From: a virus
Lineage: Duplodnaviria; Caudoviricetes
Strand: one strand, 5' to 3'
IMG/VR virus record: IMGVR_UViG_3300025595_000005
Span: 1-50,655 of that record
Length of the DNA: 50,655 nucleotides
The translations under genes and the position numbers were made by a program. Of the stretch, positions 1-11,031 are shown in pieces (position 1 is the first letter of the stretch; each line of letters opens with the position of its first letter). The notes under the pieces were generated by a model. That model was given only the letters and a program-made list of their open reading frames with translations. It did not search any database and was not told the DNA's origin.

Positions 1-200
1 CCTGACCAGCATGACAGACGTTTCTACGGGCGAAACCAATCAGGCTCAAGTGACATGGCAACTAGATTTTACGCAGCCTCTCATCACGTTTCCCAGCGGA
101 CTTGGCGCTTTGAATGATGTCATGACAGCTTTAACAGATGGCGCTACGAAGGTGCTTCCATGAACTACAGCATACCTCCTTCCATAAGCCAGTCACTAAC
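1..200. repeat. Terminal direct repeat, left copy (assembly circularisation overlap)
   Basis: 1-200 matches 50456-50655 except G128 vs A50583; the repeat lies inside baseplate genes, so it is not a physical end. Confidence 0.95.
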
Positions 201-429
201 TTATGAGTTGTCATTAGACGGTCAGGTCTATCAGTCAAGAGTCTATTGGAACGTCTTTGGGCAAAGGCTGTATATCAACATTTCTGATCAGTATGGCAAT
301 TCTGTATTGACGCTTCCCTTGATCGGCAGCGCACCTGACTACCCGCCTATTAACTTGCTTGCTGGTTACTTCACAACAAGCACTTTGTACTATTATCCAG
401 TCGATCAGGTCATGACGGTGTTGCCATGA
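160..429 (+). CDS. Small baseplate-region protein
   Basis: 89 aa; ATGA-coupled to both neighbours, between hub/initiator-like and spike genes. Confidence 0.6.
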   Translation: MNYSIPPSISQSLTYELSLDGQVYQSRVYWNVFGQRLYINISDQYGNSVLTLPLIGSAPDYPPINLLAGYFTTSTLYYYPVDQVMTVLP

Positions 430-1133
430 CGGACTACAGCAGGAAGTTACTATTTCAGCAAAATCTTGCTGGGATTATTGATAACCAGATTTCTTCTGCA
501 AAGCAGGGTGCTGGTTACGAACTTCCTTGTATTGTTAAAGAAGTTAGTGCTGATGGTTTGTTTGTAACGGTAGATTTTGCGGTAGCACAGGGCCAGTTCC
601 CGTTGCCGACTATTAAGATCCCTATTGCTGAATCGGAATATGTTCGGTTGCCGATACAAGTTGGTACGGTAGGTGTTACGAAGAAGACAGACGTCAACAT
701 CCAGAACATTTCTGGTCAGGCTGATGGCGTGGCTGGCTACACCAATTACGGAAACTTGGATGCTGTCCTGTGTTTTGTTCCGATAACAAACTCTAAGTTG
801 TTTCCGACGACACCAGATAAGAATGCTTTGTGGTTATACGGACCATCTGGAGTAAAGATACAAGACTTGCAGATAGATGAAAGTGGCAATCAAGTTAGTC
901 ATGCTTCAATCAATTTAACAACATCCAGTATTGTTATGGAGTTTGGCTCATTAGCTTTTATTGCAATGACGGAAGCATCAATTGTCATATCTTATGGGAC
1001 AGATGCAATAATTACGTTAAATTCTGATGGTGTCCAGATTACTGGGACCACAAATATTGGTGGAATAACTTGGGATACTCATGTCCACCCTGACCCACAA
1101 GGCGGCAACACTGGCGCTCCAGTCAATCCATAA
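426..1133 (+). CDS. Baseplate central spike (gpV/gp138-like)
   Basis: Beta-rich C-terminus ending in HxH iron-binding tip (THVHPDPQGG); synteny. Confidence 0.75.
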   Translation: MTDYSRKLLFQQNLAGIIDNQISSAKQGAGYELPCIVKEVSADGLFVTVDFAVAQGQFPLPTIKIPIAESEYVRLPIQVGTVGVTKKTDVNIQNISGQADGVAGYTNYGNLDAVLCFVPITNSKLFPTTPDKNALWLYGPSGVKIQDLQIDESGNQVSHASINLTTSSIVMEFGSLAFIAMTEASIVISYGTDAIITLNSDGVQITGTTNIGGITWDTHVHPDPQGGNTGAPVNP

Positions 1134-1142
1134 AGGTTACAT

Positions 1143-1511
1143 ATGCGTGTATATGGCAGAACTTACAATACAGATGGAACCTACACTTGGACTGAGGTAA
1201 CTACAGATGCCAATGGCTACAATGACGCTGTTTATGTGACGGCGCTTTGTCAGGTTCTCCAGCTTCAGACAGGAGAAAGCCCTTTTTATGCTGACTACGG
1301 CATCCCTGCCCAGCCCTGTATTGTCAGTCAGATCTTTCCTGATTATTCTGTGTACATGACACAGCAGCGTTATGCGCCTTACTTTGCTTCATTAAAAGTA
1401 ACAAAAGTTAACGCTAGAAATCAATATGATGTACCAACTCCTGTGTACAATATCCAAGTGATAACGCAGCAGGGAAGCGTCATCAACCTGAACGTACCTA
1501 TTCCAACTTGA
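1143..1511 (+). CDS. Baseplate wedge/sheath-initiator protein (gp25/gpW-like)
   Basis: 122 aa between spike and J-like genes; ESPFYADYGIP motif typical of this position. Confidence 0.6.
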   Translation: MRVYGRTYNTDGTYTWTEVTTDANGYNDAVYVTALCQVLQLQTGESPFYADYGIPAQPCIVSQIFPDYSVYMTQQRYAPYFASLKVTKVNARNQYDVPTPVYNIQVITQQGSVINLNVPIPT

Positions 1512-1518
1512 GGTTCCA

Positions 1519-2727
1519 ATGACTCTCCCAACAGTAATGACAATTGATGGCCTGCAACCGCAAACGCCTGCGTCACTGCATACCCAGATTGTAAATGGAG
1601 CCATAGCACTTGATCCTGGTCTGACCGCCAATCTGCCTGGAACTCTAATTGAAGATATCGCTTCTACGGACACTGCGGCCCTTGTACTGATTGATCAAGC
1701 TAGAGTAGAGACTGTCAACAGCGTGACCCCCTATGGCGCTAATCTTTTCCTATTAAACCAATTAGGTCAGATTTATGGAGTTCAGCAGGGGATCGGTAGC
1801 AACACATCCGTCTATGTAACTTTTACTGGAACGGCAGGCTACGTCATTCCTAAAGGCGTTATTGTTTCTGATGGTACTTATCAGTATCTTACTCAGGATG
1901 CCGTCATCGTTGGGACTGGCGGCACAGTCACTAATGTTTATTGTATAGCTACATTGTCAGGGTCTTGGGCTGTTGGTGCGAACACGGTTACAACAATTGT
2001 TTCAAGTGTCCCATCAGGCGTAACATTAAGTGTTACAAATCCAGCGGCTGGTGTTCCTAGTACGGCAGATCAGACTCCTGAGCAATATCGGGCGCAAGTC
2101 CTTGCAGCAGGAACGATTGGCTGCACTGGCCTTGGATCAGCTATCAGAACTTATGTACAAAGGGTTCCTGGTGTTGTTGATAACAAAGTCAGCGTTATTC
2201 AGGACACTAGCAAATTTAAAGTTCTTGTTGTTGGTGGCGATACTTATGCTGTAGCCAATGCCATCTATCAATCTGTTGGTGATCCAAACATTCTTGAAGG
2301 CGCTACGGCTGGTGGCACAACGGTTACGGTTAGTATTGTTGACACTCCAGACACATATTCAATTAAATATGTTCAAGCTTTAGCGCAACAAGTTCGGGTT
2401 AATGTTTATTGGAATACGACATCAACTAATGTTGTTAGCAATGCGTCAATGCAATCAGCTTGTAATCAGCCTATTACGGATTACATCAACAGTCTTGGCC
2501 CAGGTCAGCCGATTAACAATTATGAGATTGAGTTCCTATTTCAGACCTCAACAGCCACTATCATTCCAACAGCATTGATTAGCTATATTCAGCCTGTAAT
2601 ATCTATTTACAATGGTTCTTCTTGGATTGTTACCGCTCCTGATTCTGGTACTGGATTGGTTTCTGGGAACGCTGAAGGTTATTGGGTTCCAGGCACAATA
2701 TCAACTACAAAGGGAGCCGCTCCGTGA
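1519..2727 (+). CDS. Baseplate J-like wedge protein
   Basis: LNQLGQIYG, VTFTGTAGYVIPKG, VTNPAAG..DQTPEQYR motifs of Baseplate_J proteins. Confidence 0.85.
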   Translation: MTLPTVMTIDGLQPQTPASLHTQIVNGAIALDPGLTANLPGTLIEDIASTDTAALVLIDQARVETVNSVTPYGANLFLLNQLGQIYGVQQGIGSNTSVYVTFTGTAGYVIPKGVIVSDGTYQYLTQDAVIVGTGGTVTNVYCIATLSGSWAVGANTVTTIVSSVPSGVTLSVTNPAAGVPSTADQTPEQYRAQVLAAGTIGCTGLGSAIRTYVQRVPGVVDNKVSVIQDTSKFKVLVVGGDTYAVANAIYQSVGDPNILEGATAGGTTVTVSIVDTPDTYSIKYVQALAQQVRVNVYWNTTSTNVVSNASMQSACNQPITDYINSLGPGQPINNYEIEFLFQTSTATIIPTALISYIQPVISIYNGSSWIVTAPDSGTGLVSGNAEGYWVPGTISTTKGAAP

Positions 2728-3425
2728 GTCTTCCTACCTCACCAACAACAGCAACTAAGACAATTCCGTCTTATTTATACTTCCAGTACATTGATGATCA
2801 AGATCTTCCTGCATTAATTCAGTCTTACAATGATTTAACTCAAGAATATGTTGACTGGTTTAACAATGTTAATTTACCTGTATACACAAAATTACAGGGT
2901 GATTTATTGGATTGGGTGGGAATGGGTGTTTATGGTCTTCCAAGGCCATCTTTGTCAACAACTGCTTTTGGTGGTGTTGTTGGTCAGATTGCATCAGTTC
3001 CTTATGTTGGACCAGCCGCCAGTGGACCTAGCCCAACCATTGTCAATGCGATTTCGACGACTCAGATTTATACAACATCAACAAGCTTTGATACGCCTGA
3101 TGACATTTATCAGCGTGTATTAACTTGGTTCTTTTATAAGGGCGATGGATATGATTTTTCTATCCCTTGGTTTAAGAGAAGGATTGCTAGATTTTTATTT
3201 GGTAGTCACGGGACTGATGTGTTTAATGGGAACAATACGGCTTTTCCGTTTACTCCTACTATTAGCGTTACTTTTAATGATACAACTAGCCCATTGGCAA
3301 CTTGTACAATAAACATCAGCAGCAGCGGTTCTTTGGGGCCTATTGCACCTTATTTTCAGGCAGCTATTGCAACAGGTGTTTTAGCAGCACCTTTTAGATT
3401 TCAATACACAGTAACCTTGAGTTAA
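2724..3425 (+). CDS. Baseplate wedge protein (DUF2612-like)
   Basis: GDLLDWVG..VYGLPR and DDIYQR motifs; GTG start at 2724 overlaps J stop. Confidence 0.65.
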   Translation: MSLPTSPTTATKTIPSYLYFQYIDDQDLPALIQSYNDLTQEYVDWFNNVNLPVYTKLQGDLLDWVGMGVYGLPRPSLSTTAFGGVVGQIASVPYVGPAASGPSPTIVNAISTTQIYTTSTSFDTPDDIYQRVLTWFFYKGDGYDFSIPWFKRRIARFLFGSHGTDVFNGNNTAFPFTPTISVTFNDTTSPLATCTINISSSGSLGPIAPYFQAAIATGVLAAPFRFQYTVTLS

Positions 3426-3429
3426 TACC

Positions 3430-4470
3430 ATGACTGCACTCATTGAACTTTATGCCAACAATGCCTACAGCACTCTTGGTAGCCCAATTACTAGTTCCTC
3501 ACAAACATCTATTACTGTAAGCAATGGATCTGTTTTCCCTAGTCCAACTGGAAATCAGTTTTTTAGACTCACCATCACGCTTGCCGCAACACCCAATACG
3601 TCAATTGAAATTGTTTGGGTAACAGCAAGATCAGGCAATACTTTAACTGTAATGAGAGGCCAAGAAGGCACTTCAGCAACGACTTGGATTGTCGGATCAC
3701 TTATCGGAAATGAGGCTACAAAGGGAACGTACAATCAATTTGTTCAACCTTATACTGGAATTGATACTGGCGCTTCAAATGCTTATGCTGTTAGTACTCC
3801 TCAGCATGAAACTTCCTATTACACTGGAATGCCATGTACGTTCTATACAACAAATTCTAATACATCAACAACTCCAACATTAAATCTTAACGGGATTGGT
3901 GCTGCGACAATTAAGAACTTTGCTGGCGGCACATTGATTGTCGGTCAAGTTCAAGCCAATACGCCAATTAGCTTGCTATACAGCGATCATTTTAATGCTT
4001 GGTTAATGCAAACAGCTATTGCAATGCCAAATGGATTTAGTCCTTTATTGGCAATGACTTCATCAGCAGATGGATTTCTTGCTACCAGCAATACTACGGC
4101 CACTGAACTTGGTTATGTTCATAACGTCACAAGTCCTATTCAAACTCAGCTAAATAACAAAACAAATTATTCTGATTTTAATAGCAATGCAGTAACAAAT
4201 GGTTATCAATATTTAGCCAATGGAATTATATTTCAATGGATGTATGGAGTTATAACATTTACTCCTGGCGGGATTGGACCTGGAGTTATAACGGCTACCT
4301 ATCCAATTGCTTTTCCAAATTCCGCTCTTGGTTGGTCTGTATGTTCTGCTAACGGTGATGGACCCCCTTCAATTATGGGAATTGGTTATTCAGGATCAAC
4401 AGCATCTCAAGTTCAAATTCAATATGGCGCTGGAAGCAAAGGTTATTATTTGACAGCAATAGGACACTGA
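3430..4470 (+). CDS. Tail fibre protein
   Basis: N-terminal EIV.VTARSGNTLTV.RGQEGT, central TLNLNGIGA..I, C-terminal NGYQYLANGIIFQW...YPIAFPN tip domain. Confidence 0.75.
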   Translation: MTALIELYANNAYSTLGSPITSSSQTSITVSNGSVFPSPTGNQFFRLTITLAATPNTSIEIVWVTARSGNTLTVMRGQEGTSATTWIVGSLIGNEATKGTYNQFVQPYTGIDTGASNAYAVSTPQHETSYYTGMPCTFYTTNSNTSTTPTLNLNGIGAATIKNFAGGTLIVGQVQANTPISLLYSDHFNAWLMQTAIAMPNGFSPLLAMTSSADGFLATSNTTATELGYVHNVTSPIQTQLNNKTNYSDFNSNAVTNGYQYLANGIIFQWMYGVITFTPGGIGPGVITATYPIAFPNSALGWSVCSANGDGPPSIMGIGYSGSTASQVQIQYGAGSKGYYLTAIGH

Positions 4471-4471
4471 A

Positions 4472-4900
4472 ATGATTACATCAAAACAGTGCTATGCAAA
4501 ATGGGGCGATCCTGGAGTTCGATCCAATGAAGCAAAGTACATGGTGATGTGGGACGTTCCAGGATCATTAGAGATTGGAATGATACCTAAAAAAATCTAT
4601 TGCAACAGAGCAATGATTGAGCCATTGACCCATGCCTTCAACAACATCATCAGCAGGGGCCTAGTGGGGCAATTAAAAACATGGGATGGCTGCTTCAATG
4701 TCAGGAAGAAACGTGGCTCTACAAGCGCCTCATTGCATTCTTGGGGCATTGCTATTGACATCAACGCTGCTTGGAATGGTTTTGCCAAGAAGCCAACCAT
4801 GACACCAGAACTGGTCAAGTGTTTTACTGATGCTGGATTTGACTGGGGCGGCGTTTGGACTAAACCAGATGGAATGCATTTTCAATTGGCCAAAATATGA
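4472..4900 (+). CDS. Endolysin, M15-family peptidase
   Basis: Zn-binding SLHSWGIAIDIN and DGMHFQ motifs. Confidence 0.85.
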   Translation: MITSKQCYAKWGDPGVRSNEAKYMVMWDVPGSLEIGMIPKKIYCNRAMIEPLTHAFNNIISRGLVGQLKTWDGCFNVRKKRGSTSASLHSWGIAIDINAAWNGFAKKPTMTPELVKCFTDAGFDWGGVWTKPDGMHFQLAKI

Positions 4901-5271
4901 CCCAGATCTGCAATACATGTCTTGTTGAAAAGCCATTAGGAATGTTTGAAAAAACTGGCAAAAAAGACGGCAGACGTAAAACTTGCAGAAAATGTCGCAA
5001 TAAAAGACCAAGAGACAAGTTAAAAATAAGGCATTGTAAAGAAAGGCTAAAATATGGAATTACTAAAGAAAAGATTGGACCAAATGTTTGCATGATTTGC
5101 GGATCTACAAAAAATATTTGCATAGATCATTGCCATGACACTGGAGTTGTCCGTGGGTTATTATGCAGGTCATGTAATCTTGGACTTGGAATGCTTGGAG
5201 ATAACGTAGTTGGACTACGATTTGCTGTAAAATACTTGGAAACTTTCTTGGAGAAATCTAATGGGCGATAA
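4897..5271 (+). CDS. Endonuclease VII-like (His-Me finger) nuclease
   Basis: CMIC..IDHCHDTGVVRGLLCRSCNLGLG plus N-terminal CxxC pairs. Confidence 0.9.
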   Translation: MTQICNTCLVEKPLGMFEKTGKKDGRRKTCRKCRNKRPRDKLKIRHCKERLKYGITKEKIGPNVCMICGSTKNICIDHCHDTGVVRGLLCRSCNLGLGMLGDNVVGLRFAVKYLETFLEKSNGR

Positions 5272-5446
5272 ATTTGGAATTGCTTTAAATGAAGCAAGTA
5301 CTTGGCGCGGCATCGTATATTTAATGATGGCTGTTGGCATTAAAGTATCGCCTGAACTTCAAGGTGCTATTGTTAGCGCGGGCCTATCTGTCGCTGCTGC
5401 CATTTCAATCTTCACCAAACAAAAAGGTGCTGACAGTGCCAAATGA
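5261..5446 (+). CDS. Holin-like membrane protein
   Basis: 61 aa, EASTWRG motif, two hydrophobic segments, basic C-terminus, next to endolysin. Confidence 0.65.
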   Translation: MGDKFGIALNEASTWRGIVYLMMAVGIKVSPELQGAIVSAGLSVAAAISIFTKQKGADSAK

Positions 5447-5615
5447 TGATCTAAAGATCATTGACACTTCACAGGGCCTGACAAAGGAAGAACTTGTTGA
5501 ACTGAAAAAACTGGCTGCTATGAGCAAGTCAGCAAAGTTCATGATCGGCATGGTTTTCTCCTTACTTTTATTTGTCGGGTTCGATCATTTGGTCGAATGG
5601 TTTCAGCATAAATAG
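5436..5615 (+). CDS. Small single-TM membrane protein (lysis region)
   Basis: GTG start at 5436 in the 5334..5615 frame; C-terminal hydrophobic helix. Confidence 0.5.
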   Translation: MPNDDLKIIDTSQGLTKEELVELKKLAAMSKSAKFMIGMVFSLLLFVGFDHLVEWFQHK

Positions 5616-5623
5616 GCACACCA

Positions 5624-5989
5624 ATGAGTCAATTTTCTAACACGCTTATCGCGTCACGCGCAATTACAGCAACTGTTACCTCAACGACTGTAACGAATCA
5701 GCCTCCTCTCCCTTATGGACAAATTATTGTTAATGTTAGCGCATTCACTTCTGGGTCTATCACTCCTAGCATTGAAGCTTATGACATTGCTTCAAATTCT
5801 TGGTATGTGATCCTGACTGGTTCAGCTATTAGCGCAACTGGTACGACTGTGTTAAAAGTAGGGCCAGCCATTACTCCAGCAACCAATGTCGCCGTTTCTG
5901 ACTTCTTGCCAACCTCTTGGCGTGTCAAACTGACTGCTGCTGGATCAACTGTGCTGACGGCTTCTGTAGGCTATAACTTGGCTATCTGA
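5624..5989 (+). CDS. Putative small virion beta-sandwich protein
   Basis: 121 aa Thr/Ser/Ala-rich all-beta pattern in the late operon. Confidence 0.45.
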   Translation: MSQFSNTLIASRAITATVTSTTVTNQPPLPYGQIIVNVSAFTSGSITPSIEAYDIASNSWYVILTGSAISATGTTVLKVGPAITPATNVAVSDFLPTSWRVKLTAAGSTVLTASVGYNLAI

Positions 5990-5990
5990 T

Positions 5991-6344
5991 ATGGCTTTAC
6001 CCACACCATCCGTATTTGTAAAGCGTGGCGCTACATTCTCACTGGCGGGGTTTGTAACGCTGCCTGACGGAACGTGGGAAGCTACATCTGAACTTAAAAG
6101 CAACAATGGCGATTTGATTTCTGAGTTAGATGTAACTCTTGCTTTACAGCCACTGCCTGATACCCGCTGGGGAATCCTTCTTTTTAAGGATGCAACAGTG
6201 ACCATTGATTGGCCTCTTGGCCCATTGTCTTGTGATATCAGATTCCAGTACAGCAATAGCGTTATCTATTCGCCTACATTTGTAGTCAATGTAGTGAAGG
6301 AAATTACTGATTCACAGCCAACTTTGATTTTGAGGGCTGGTTAA
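5991..6344 (+). CDS. Putative fibre adaptor (BppU-like Ig fold)
   Basis: KRGATF...DWPLG.L.CDIRF pattern; directly precedes the collagen gene. Confidence 0.45.
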   Translation: MALPTPSVFVKRGATFSLAGFVTLPDGTWEATSELKSNNGDLISELDVTLALQPLPDTRWGILLFKDATVTIDWPLGPLSCDIRFQYSNSVIYSPTFVVNVVKEITDSQPTLILRAG

Positions 6345-9300
6345 TGGCCGATATAAAGATTGTTGAAAGACCTCAAGTCATTATTGAATTAGATAACATT
6401 CTTCAAGGCCCTATGGGGCCTACTGGTGCTACTGGGCCTCAGGGACCATCTGGTCCTAATGGTGCTACTGGCCTTAATGGTGCTACTGGTGTTACTGGTC
6501 CTACTGGTTTAGCTGGAGCCACTGGCCCTACCGGAATTGATGGTGCAACTGGCTCCCAAGGTGGGACAGGCCCAACAGGTCTTGAAGGCGCTACAGGCCC
6601 ACAGGGAATCCAAGGCCCTACTGGTATTCAAGGTACAACAGGCCCTACGGGTTTGCAGGGAATCACTGGGCCAACTGGTTCTCAGGGCGCAACGGGGTCC
6701 ATTGGTCCCCAAGGTACGACAGGCCCTACTGGCGCTCAAGGAACCACAGGACCCACTGGTCTACAAGGAATTTCAGGACCTACGGGTGTCACTGGTCCTA
6801 CAGGACTACAAGGCATTACTGGCCCTACAGGAGTCACTGGCCCACAGGGAACAACAGGACCCACTGGTCTACAAGGAACGACAGGACCCACTGGCCTTCA
6901 GGGTACAACTGGTCCCACCGGCATACAGGGTCCTCAAGGATCTACAGGTCCACAAGGATCTACTGGACCAACCGGCATAGGCTCAACTGGACCAACCGGC
7001 ATTGAAGGGCCTACAGGCGCAACTGGGCCTATCGGCGCTACGGGACCTCAAGGAACCAGCATTAACCTTTTAGGTACAGTCAATACTCCTGCCGATCTTC
7101 CAATGACTGGGAATCAGCCAAATGATGCATATGTCGTTTTATCTGATGGCGATTTGTATGTTTGGAATGGCTCCATGTGGAACAATGTTGGCCCTATTGT
7201 TGGCCCACAAGGTTCTACTGGTCCTACTGGTATCGAAGGTCCTACAGGTGTTACTGGTCCTCAAGGCGCAACTGGACTACAAGGCATTACTGGCCCAACC
7301 GGATTAACTGGCCCAATTGGTCCTACTGGACTTGAAGGAGCAACTGGACCAACAGGTATCCAAGGTCCACAAGGTTCTACAGGACCGACTGGTATACAGG
7401 GTCCACAAGGGTCTACAGGTCCAACTGGATTACAGGGAACCACAGGACCGACTGGTGTTGAAGGTCCAACTGGGCTACAAGGAACAACAGGGCCTACTGG
7501 ATTAACCGGTTCAACTGGACCTACAGGTATTCAAGGTTTAACTGGATCTACTGGTCCTACAGGAATCCAAGGATTGACAGGCAGTACTGGTCCCACGGGC
7601 ATCCAGGGTTTAACTGGTAGCACTGGTCCAACGGGACTTCAAGGAACCACGGGGCCTACAGGATTGCAAGGAACTACGGGACCTACTGGACCTCAAGGAA
7701 CAACAGGACCTACTGGAATAACCGGTTCAACTGGACCAACAGGTTTAGATGGCCCTACTGGTCCACAAGGAGCCACAGGTCCAACTGGTATTCAGGGTTT
7801 AACAGGATCTACTGGCCCTACTGGTTTGACGGGTAGCACTGGTCCAACTGGTATTCAAGGAACCACGGGGCCTACAGGATTGCAGGGAACGACTGGACCT
7901 ACAGGAATTCAGGGTCCAACGGGACTTCAAGGAACTACAGGCCCAACAGGACTTCAGGGTATTCAAGGCCCAACTGGCGTTACAGGTCCCACAGGACTTC
8001 AGGGAACCACTGGTCCTACAGGCGTAGGCGCAACGGGTGCAACTGGAGCCGCTGGTGCGGGTGGCGCTAATGGTTACTGGGGTTCGTTCTATGACATAAC
8101 GAATCAGACGGCTGCCAGTACAACGGTTGCTTATGCTATAAACATAGGAAATACAGATCCTAATAGTAATGGCGTAAGCATTGTTTCTGGCACAAGGGTC
8201 AGCTTTACTTATGCTGGCGTATACAATATTCAGTACAGCATTCAGTTCCAAAACACAAGCACCGGAAACGCCAATTACAATGCTGATGTTTGGATCAGGG
8301 TCAATGGCGTTGATGTTGCCGATAGCAATAGTGTTTACTGGATTCCTGCTAAAAACGGTTCTACCAATGGCGAATTAATTGCTGCCATTAACTATGTTCT
8401 GAAATTAAATGCTGGTGATTACGTTGAGCTTATTTGGGCTGTAAATAATACTGGCATTTCAATTGCTACTTTTGCCGCACAAACTGGACCAACTGTTCCT
8501 GTAACACCTGGCGTTATTGTCACCGCCACCCAAGTTCTTTATACCCAACTTGGCCCAACTGGACCTACAGGTTTAACGGGATCTACTGGTCCAACAGGTG
8601 TTCAGGGTACAACAGGACCAACGGGCATTCAGGGTCCAACTGGTCTTCAAGGCACGACCGGACCTACTGGTATTCAAGGAATTACTGGTCCTACTGGATT
8701 GCAAGGTACGACAGGTCCGACTGGCCTTCAAGGGACCACTGGACCTACAGGATTACAAGGTTCTACGGGTCCTACTGGACTCCAAGGATCTACAGGACCC
8801 ACTGGATTACAAGGAATCACTGGCCCGACAGGTCTAGGCTATTCAGGATTGACATCCGCTACATCAACTTTGATTGGAACAGGTTCAAAAACCTTTACGA
8901 CAAATTTGGCTGCAACGGCAACAGCATTTACCGTTGGTGATCGTGTTCGTATTTCATATCCAATTACACCTTCTAATTATATGGAGGGTAGCATTACTTC
9001 GTTTTCAACGACATCACTTATTGTCAATGTTGATTACACGGGTGGATCTGGTACGTTTGCTTCATGGAATATAACTAGTTCTGGCGCAGTTGGATCTACA
9101 GGCCCTACCGGACTTCAAGGCACTACTGGTCCAACTGGATTACAAGGAACTATGGGACCAACGGGCTTACAAGGCACAACTGGACCTACGGGACTGCAAG
9201 GGACCACTGGCCCTACCGGACTTCAAGGCACAACAGGGCCTACAGGACTACAAGGAACCACGGGTCCGACTGGATTACAGGGTACTACTGGACCTACTGG

Positions 9301-10144
9301 CTTACAGGGTACAACTGGACCAACAGGTTTAGGCTATTCAGGGCTAACTTCAGCTACATCTACCCTGATTGGTACTGGCTCAAAAACATTTACAACAAAC
9401 CTTGCAGCAACGGCAACGGCATTTACTGTTGGTAATCGTGTTCGTATAGCTTATACGGTTACGCCTTCTAACTTCATGGAAGGTAGCATTACTTCGTTTT
9501 CAACAACGTCTTTAGTTGTTACTGTTGATTACACGGGTGGTTCCGGTACTTTTACATCTTGGAATATAACGGATGCTGGCGCTGTTGGCTCCACGGGGCC
9601 AACCGGCCTTCAGGGAACCACGGGACCAACAGGGCCAACTGTTTATCCTGGCGCTGGTATTGCAAACTCAGTCAGTGTCACTGGACCTTGGGGTACAAGC
9701 TATACAACTAGCGGATCAGGCACTGTGCTTGCATTGGTTTCTGGGCCAACATTTATTGCTCCTGCTTTAGGTACTCCAGCATCAGGAAATCTGTCTAGCT
9801 GTACGGCAGATGGAACAAATAAAGTTGGTTATCTAAATCTTCCACAAAACTCACAGACAGCCGCTTATGTTCTTGCTGTTACGGATGTTGGAAAACATAT
9901 TTCAATTACTACTGGTGGTGTGACTGTTAACATTTCTGTATTTTCTGCTGGTGATGCCGTTACTATTTACAACAATTCTGCAGCAAGTCAGACAATTACT
10001 CAGGGAACAAGTGTGACTATGTATCTTGCTGGAACGGCAACGACAGGTAATAGAACGCTTGCACAAAGAGGTGTCTGCACTTTGCTTTGTATTGTTGGCG
10101 GTGCTACTCCTACATTCGTAATCTCAGGTGGTGGCTTGACCTAA
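6344..10144 (+). CDS. Collagen-like fibre protein 1 (GPT-rich) with internal globular domains
   Basis: Hundreds of G-X-Y triplets (GPTGLQGTT units); internal C1q/BclA-CTD-like domain ([22 protein letters not shown]). Confidence 0.9.
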   Translation: MADIKIVERPQVIIELDNILQGPMGPTGATGPQGPSGPNGATGLNGATGVTGPTGLAGATGPTGIDGATGSQGGTGPTGLEGATGPQGIQGPTGIQGTTGPTGLQGITGPTGSQGATGSIGPQGTTGPTGAQGTTGPTGLQGISGPTGVTGPTGLQGITGPTGVTGPQGTTGPTGLQGTTGPTGLQGTTGPTGIQGPQGSTGPQGSTGPTGIGSTGPTGIEGPTGATGPIGATGPQGTSINLLGTVNTPADLPMTGNQPNDAYVVLSDGDLYVWNGSMWNNVGPIVGPQGSTGPTGIEGPTGVTGPQGATGLQGITGPTGLTGPIGPTGLEGATGPTGIQGPQGSTGPTGIQGPQGSTGPTGLQGTTGPTGVEGPTGLQGTTGPTGLTGSTGPTGIQGLTGSTGPTGIQGLTGSTGPTGIQGLTGSTGPTGLQGTTGPTGLQGTTGPTGPQGTTGPTGITGSTGPTGLDGPTGPQGATGPTGIQGLTGSTGPTGLTGSTGPTGIQGTTGPTGLQGTTGPTGIQGPTGLQGTTGPTGLQGIQGPTGVTGPTGLQGTTGPTGVGATGATGAAGAGGANGYWGSFYDITNQTAASTTVAYAINIGNTDPNSNGVSIVSGTRVSFTYAGVYNIQYSIQFQNTSTGNANYNADVWIRVNGVDVADSNSVYWIPAKNGSTNGELIAAINYVLKLNAGDYVELIWAVNNTGISIATFAAQTGPTVPVTPGVIVTATQVLYTQLGPTGPTGLTGSTGPTGVQGTTGPTGIQGPTGLQGTTGPTGIQGITGPTGLQGTTGPTGLQGTTGPTGLQGSTGPTGLQGSTGPTGLQGITGPTGLGYSGLTSATSTLIGTGSKTFTTNLAATATAFTVGDRVRISYPITPSNYMEGSITSFSTTSLIVNVDYTGGSGTFASWNITSSGAVGSTGPTGLQGTTGPTGLQGTMGPTGLQGTTGPTGLQGTTGPTGLQGTTGPTGLQGTTGPTGLQGTTGPTGLQGTTGPTGLGYSGLTSATSTLIGTGSKTFTTNLAATATAFTVGNRVRIAYTVTPSNFMEGSITSFSTTSLVVTVDYTGGSGTFTSWNITDAGAVGSTGPTGLQGTTGPTGPTVYPGAGIANSVSVTGPWGTSYTTSGSGTVLALVSGPTFIAPALGTPASGNLSSCTADGTNKVGYLNLPQNSQTAAYVLAVTDVGKHISITTGGVTVNISVFSAGDAVTIYNNSAASQTITQGTSVTMYLAGTATTGNRTLAQRGVCTLLCIVGGATPTFVISGGGLT
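8831..9590 (+). repeat. Duplicated ~88-aa domain inside collagen 1 (approx. 8831-9095 and 9326-9590)
   Basis: [40 protein letters not shown] occurs twice with near-identical protein and diverged codons. Confidence 0.9.
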
Positions 10145-11031
10145 TGACCGGAATTATGCAAATGTTTTTAGCTGCGCGTTCTTCTGCGCTTCCAGCAACC
10201 CCAACCGTCGATCTTACAATAGTCGCTGGAGGCGGTGGTGGTGGTGGTGGTTATTTTTCCGGTGGTGGGGCTGGTGGTGCTGGTGGCTATTTAGTCAGCA
10301 GTGCGGTAGCGATAACTTCTGGAACTCCTTATTCCATTACCGTTGGAGGGGGCGGTGGAGGGAGCTATAGTGGAACAAATACCGATGCGAGCAACGGCAC
10401 TAATTCTAGTTTCGCCTCCTATGTATCGACCGGTGGCGGTCATGGGGAACTAAACTGGTGGGCAGTATCCTCTAACAAAAGGGCCAGTACTGGGGGTTCA
10501 GGCGGTGGTGGCGGGTATTTTGCCGCCGGTACTGGCACATCTGGGCAAGGCAATTCAGGGGGTGCTGGCGTTGGTTCGTTTTCCGCAAAAGGAATGGGTG
10601 GTGGCGGCGGCTCAAGTGCTGTTGGAAGCGCTGCTTCAGGGGCAAATGGTGGTAATGGTGGAGCGGGGACTTCCTTCACATGGACCGGGACAACAATAAC
10701 TTCTTGTTATGGTGGTGGTGGCGGCGCATATCGATTCGGTGCGATTGTTGGCGTTCCTGGCACCGGTTCCGGTGGCGCTGGCTCAGGCGGTTTTGGTAGC
10801 AACAGTGGGGCATCTGCAACAGGCTCAGGATCAGGCGGTGGCGGTGGTGGCGCAACAGACCAAAACACGTTCACTAGAACAAACGGTGGAAACGGGGGCG
10901 GTGGTTTTGTCGCGCTTCGCTACGCTAATACTTATCCTGATGCGGCATCCACAACAGGGTCGCCATCATATATCAATACCGGTGGATTTAAAGTTTATAG
11001 ATGGACGGGATCAGGAAGCATAACTTTCTAA
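10144..11031 (+). CDS. Glycine-rich putative virion appendage protein
   Basis: IVAGGGGGG...GGGAGG repeats and terminal GGFKVYRWTGSGSITF; likely start ATG 10144. Confidence 0.75.
   Translation: MTGIMQMFLAARSSALPATPTVDLTIVAGGGGGGGGYFSGGGAGGAGGYLVSSAVAITSGTPYSITVGGGGGGSYSGTNTDASNGTNSSFASYVSTGGGHGELNWWAVSSNKRASTGGSGGGGGYFAAGTGTSGQGNSGGAGVGSFSAKGMGGGGGSSAVGSAASGANGGNGGAGTSFTWTGTTITSCYGGGGGAYRFGAIVGVPGTGSGGAGSGGFGSNSGASATGSGSGGGGGGATDQNTFTRTNGGNGGGGFVALRYANTYPDAASTTGSPSYINTGGFKVYRWTGSGSITF

Noticed and set aside
1-200. Biological terminal repeat
   Set aside because: Exactly 200 bp and inside coding genes, which fits an assembly overlap of a circularly permuted genome.
150-443. Similar junctions GGTG.T.CCATGA..ACTACAGCA ending two consecutive genes (both VLP*)
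   Set aside because: Too short to separate from chance plus ATGA coupling constraints.
5261-5989. Spanin genes in the lysis cassette
   Set aside because: I found no lipobox-bearing or nested Rz/Rz1 pair; absence cannot be proven without a search.
8831-9590. Duplicated segment as a DGR template/variable repeat pair
   Set aside because: Differences are mostly synonymous and not adenine-specific, both copies are in frame within one gene, and no reverse transcriptase is present.
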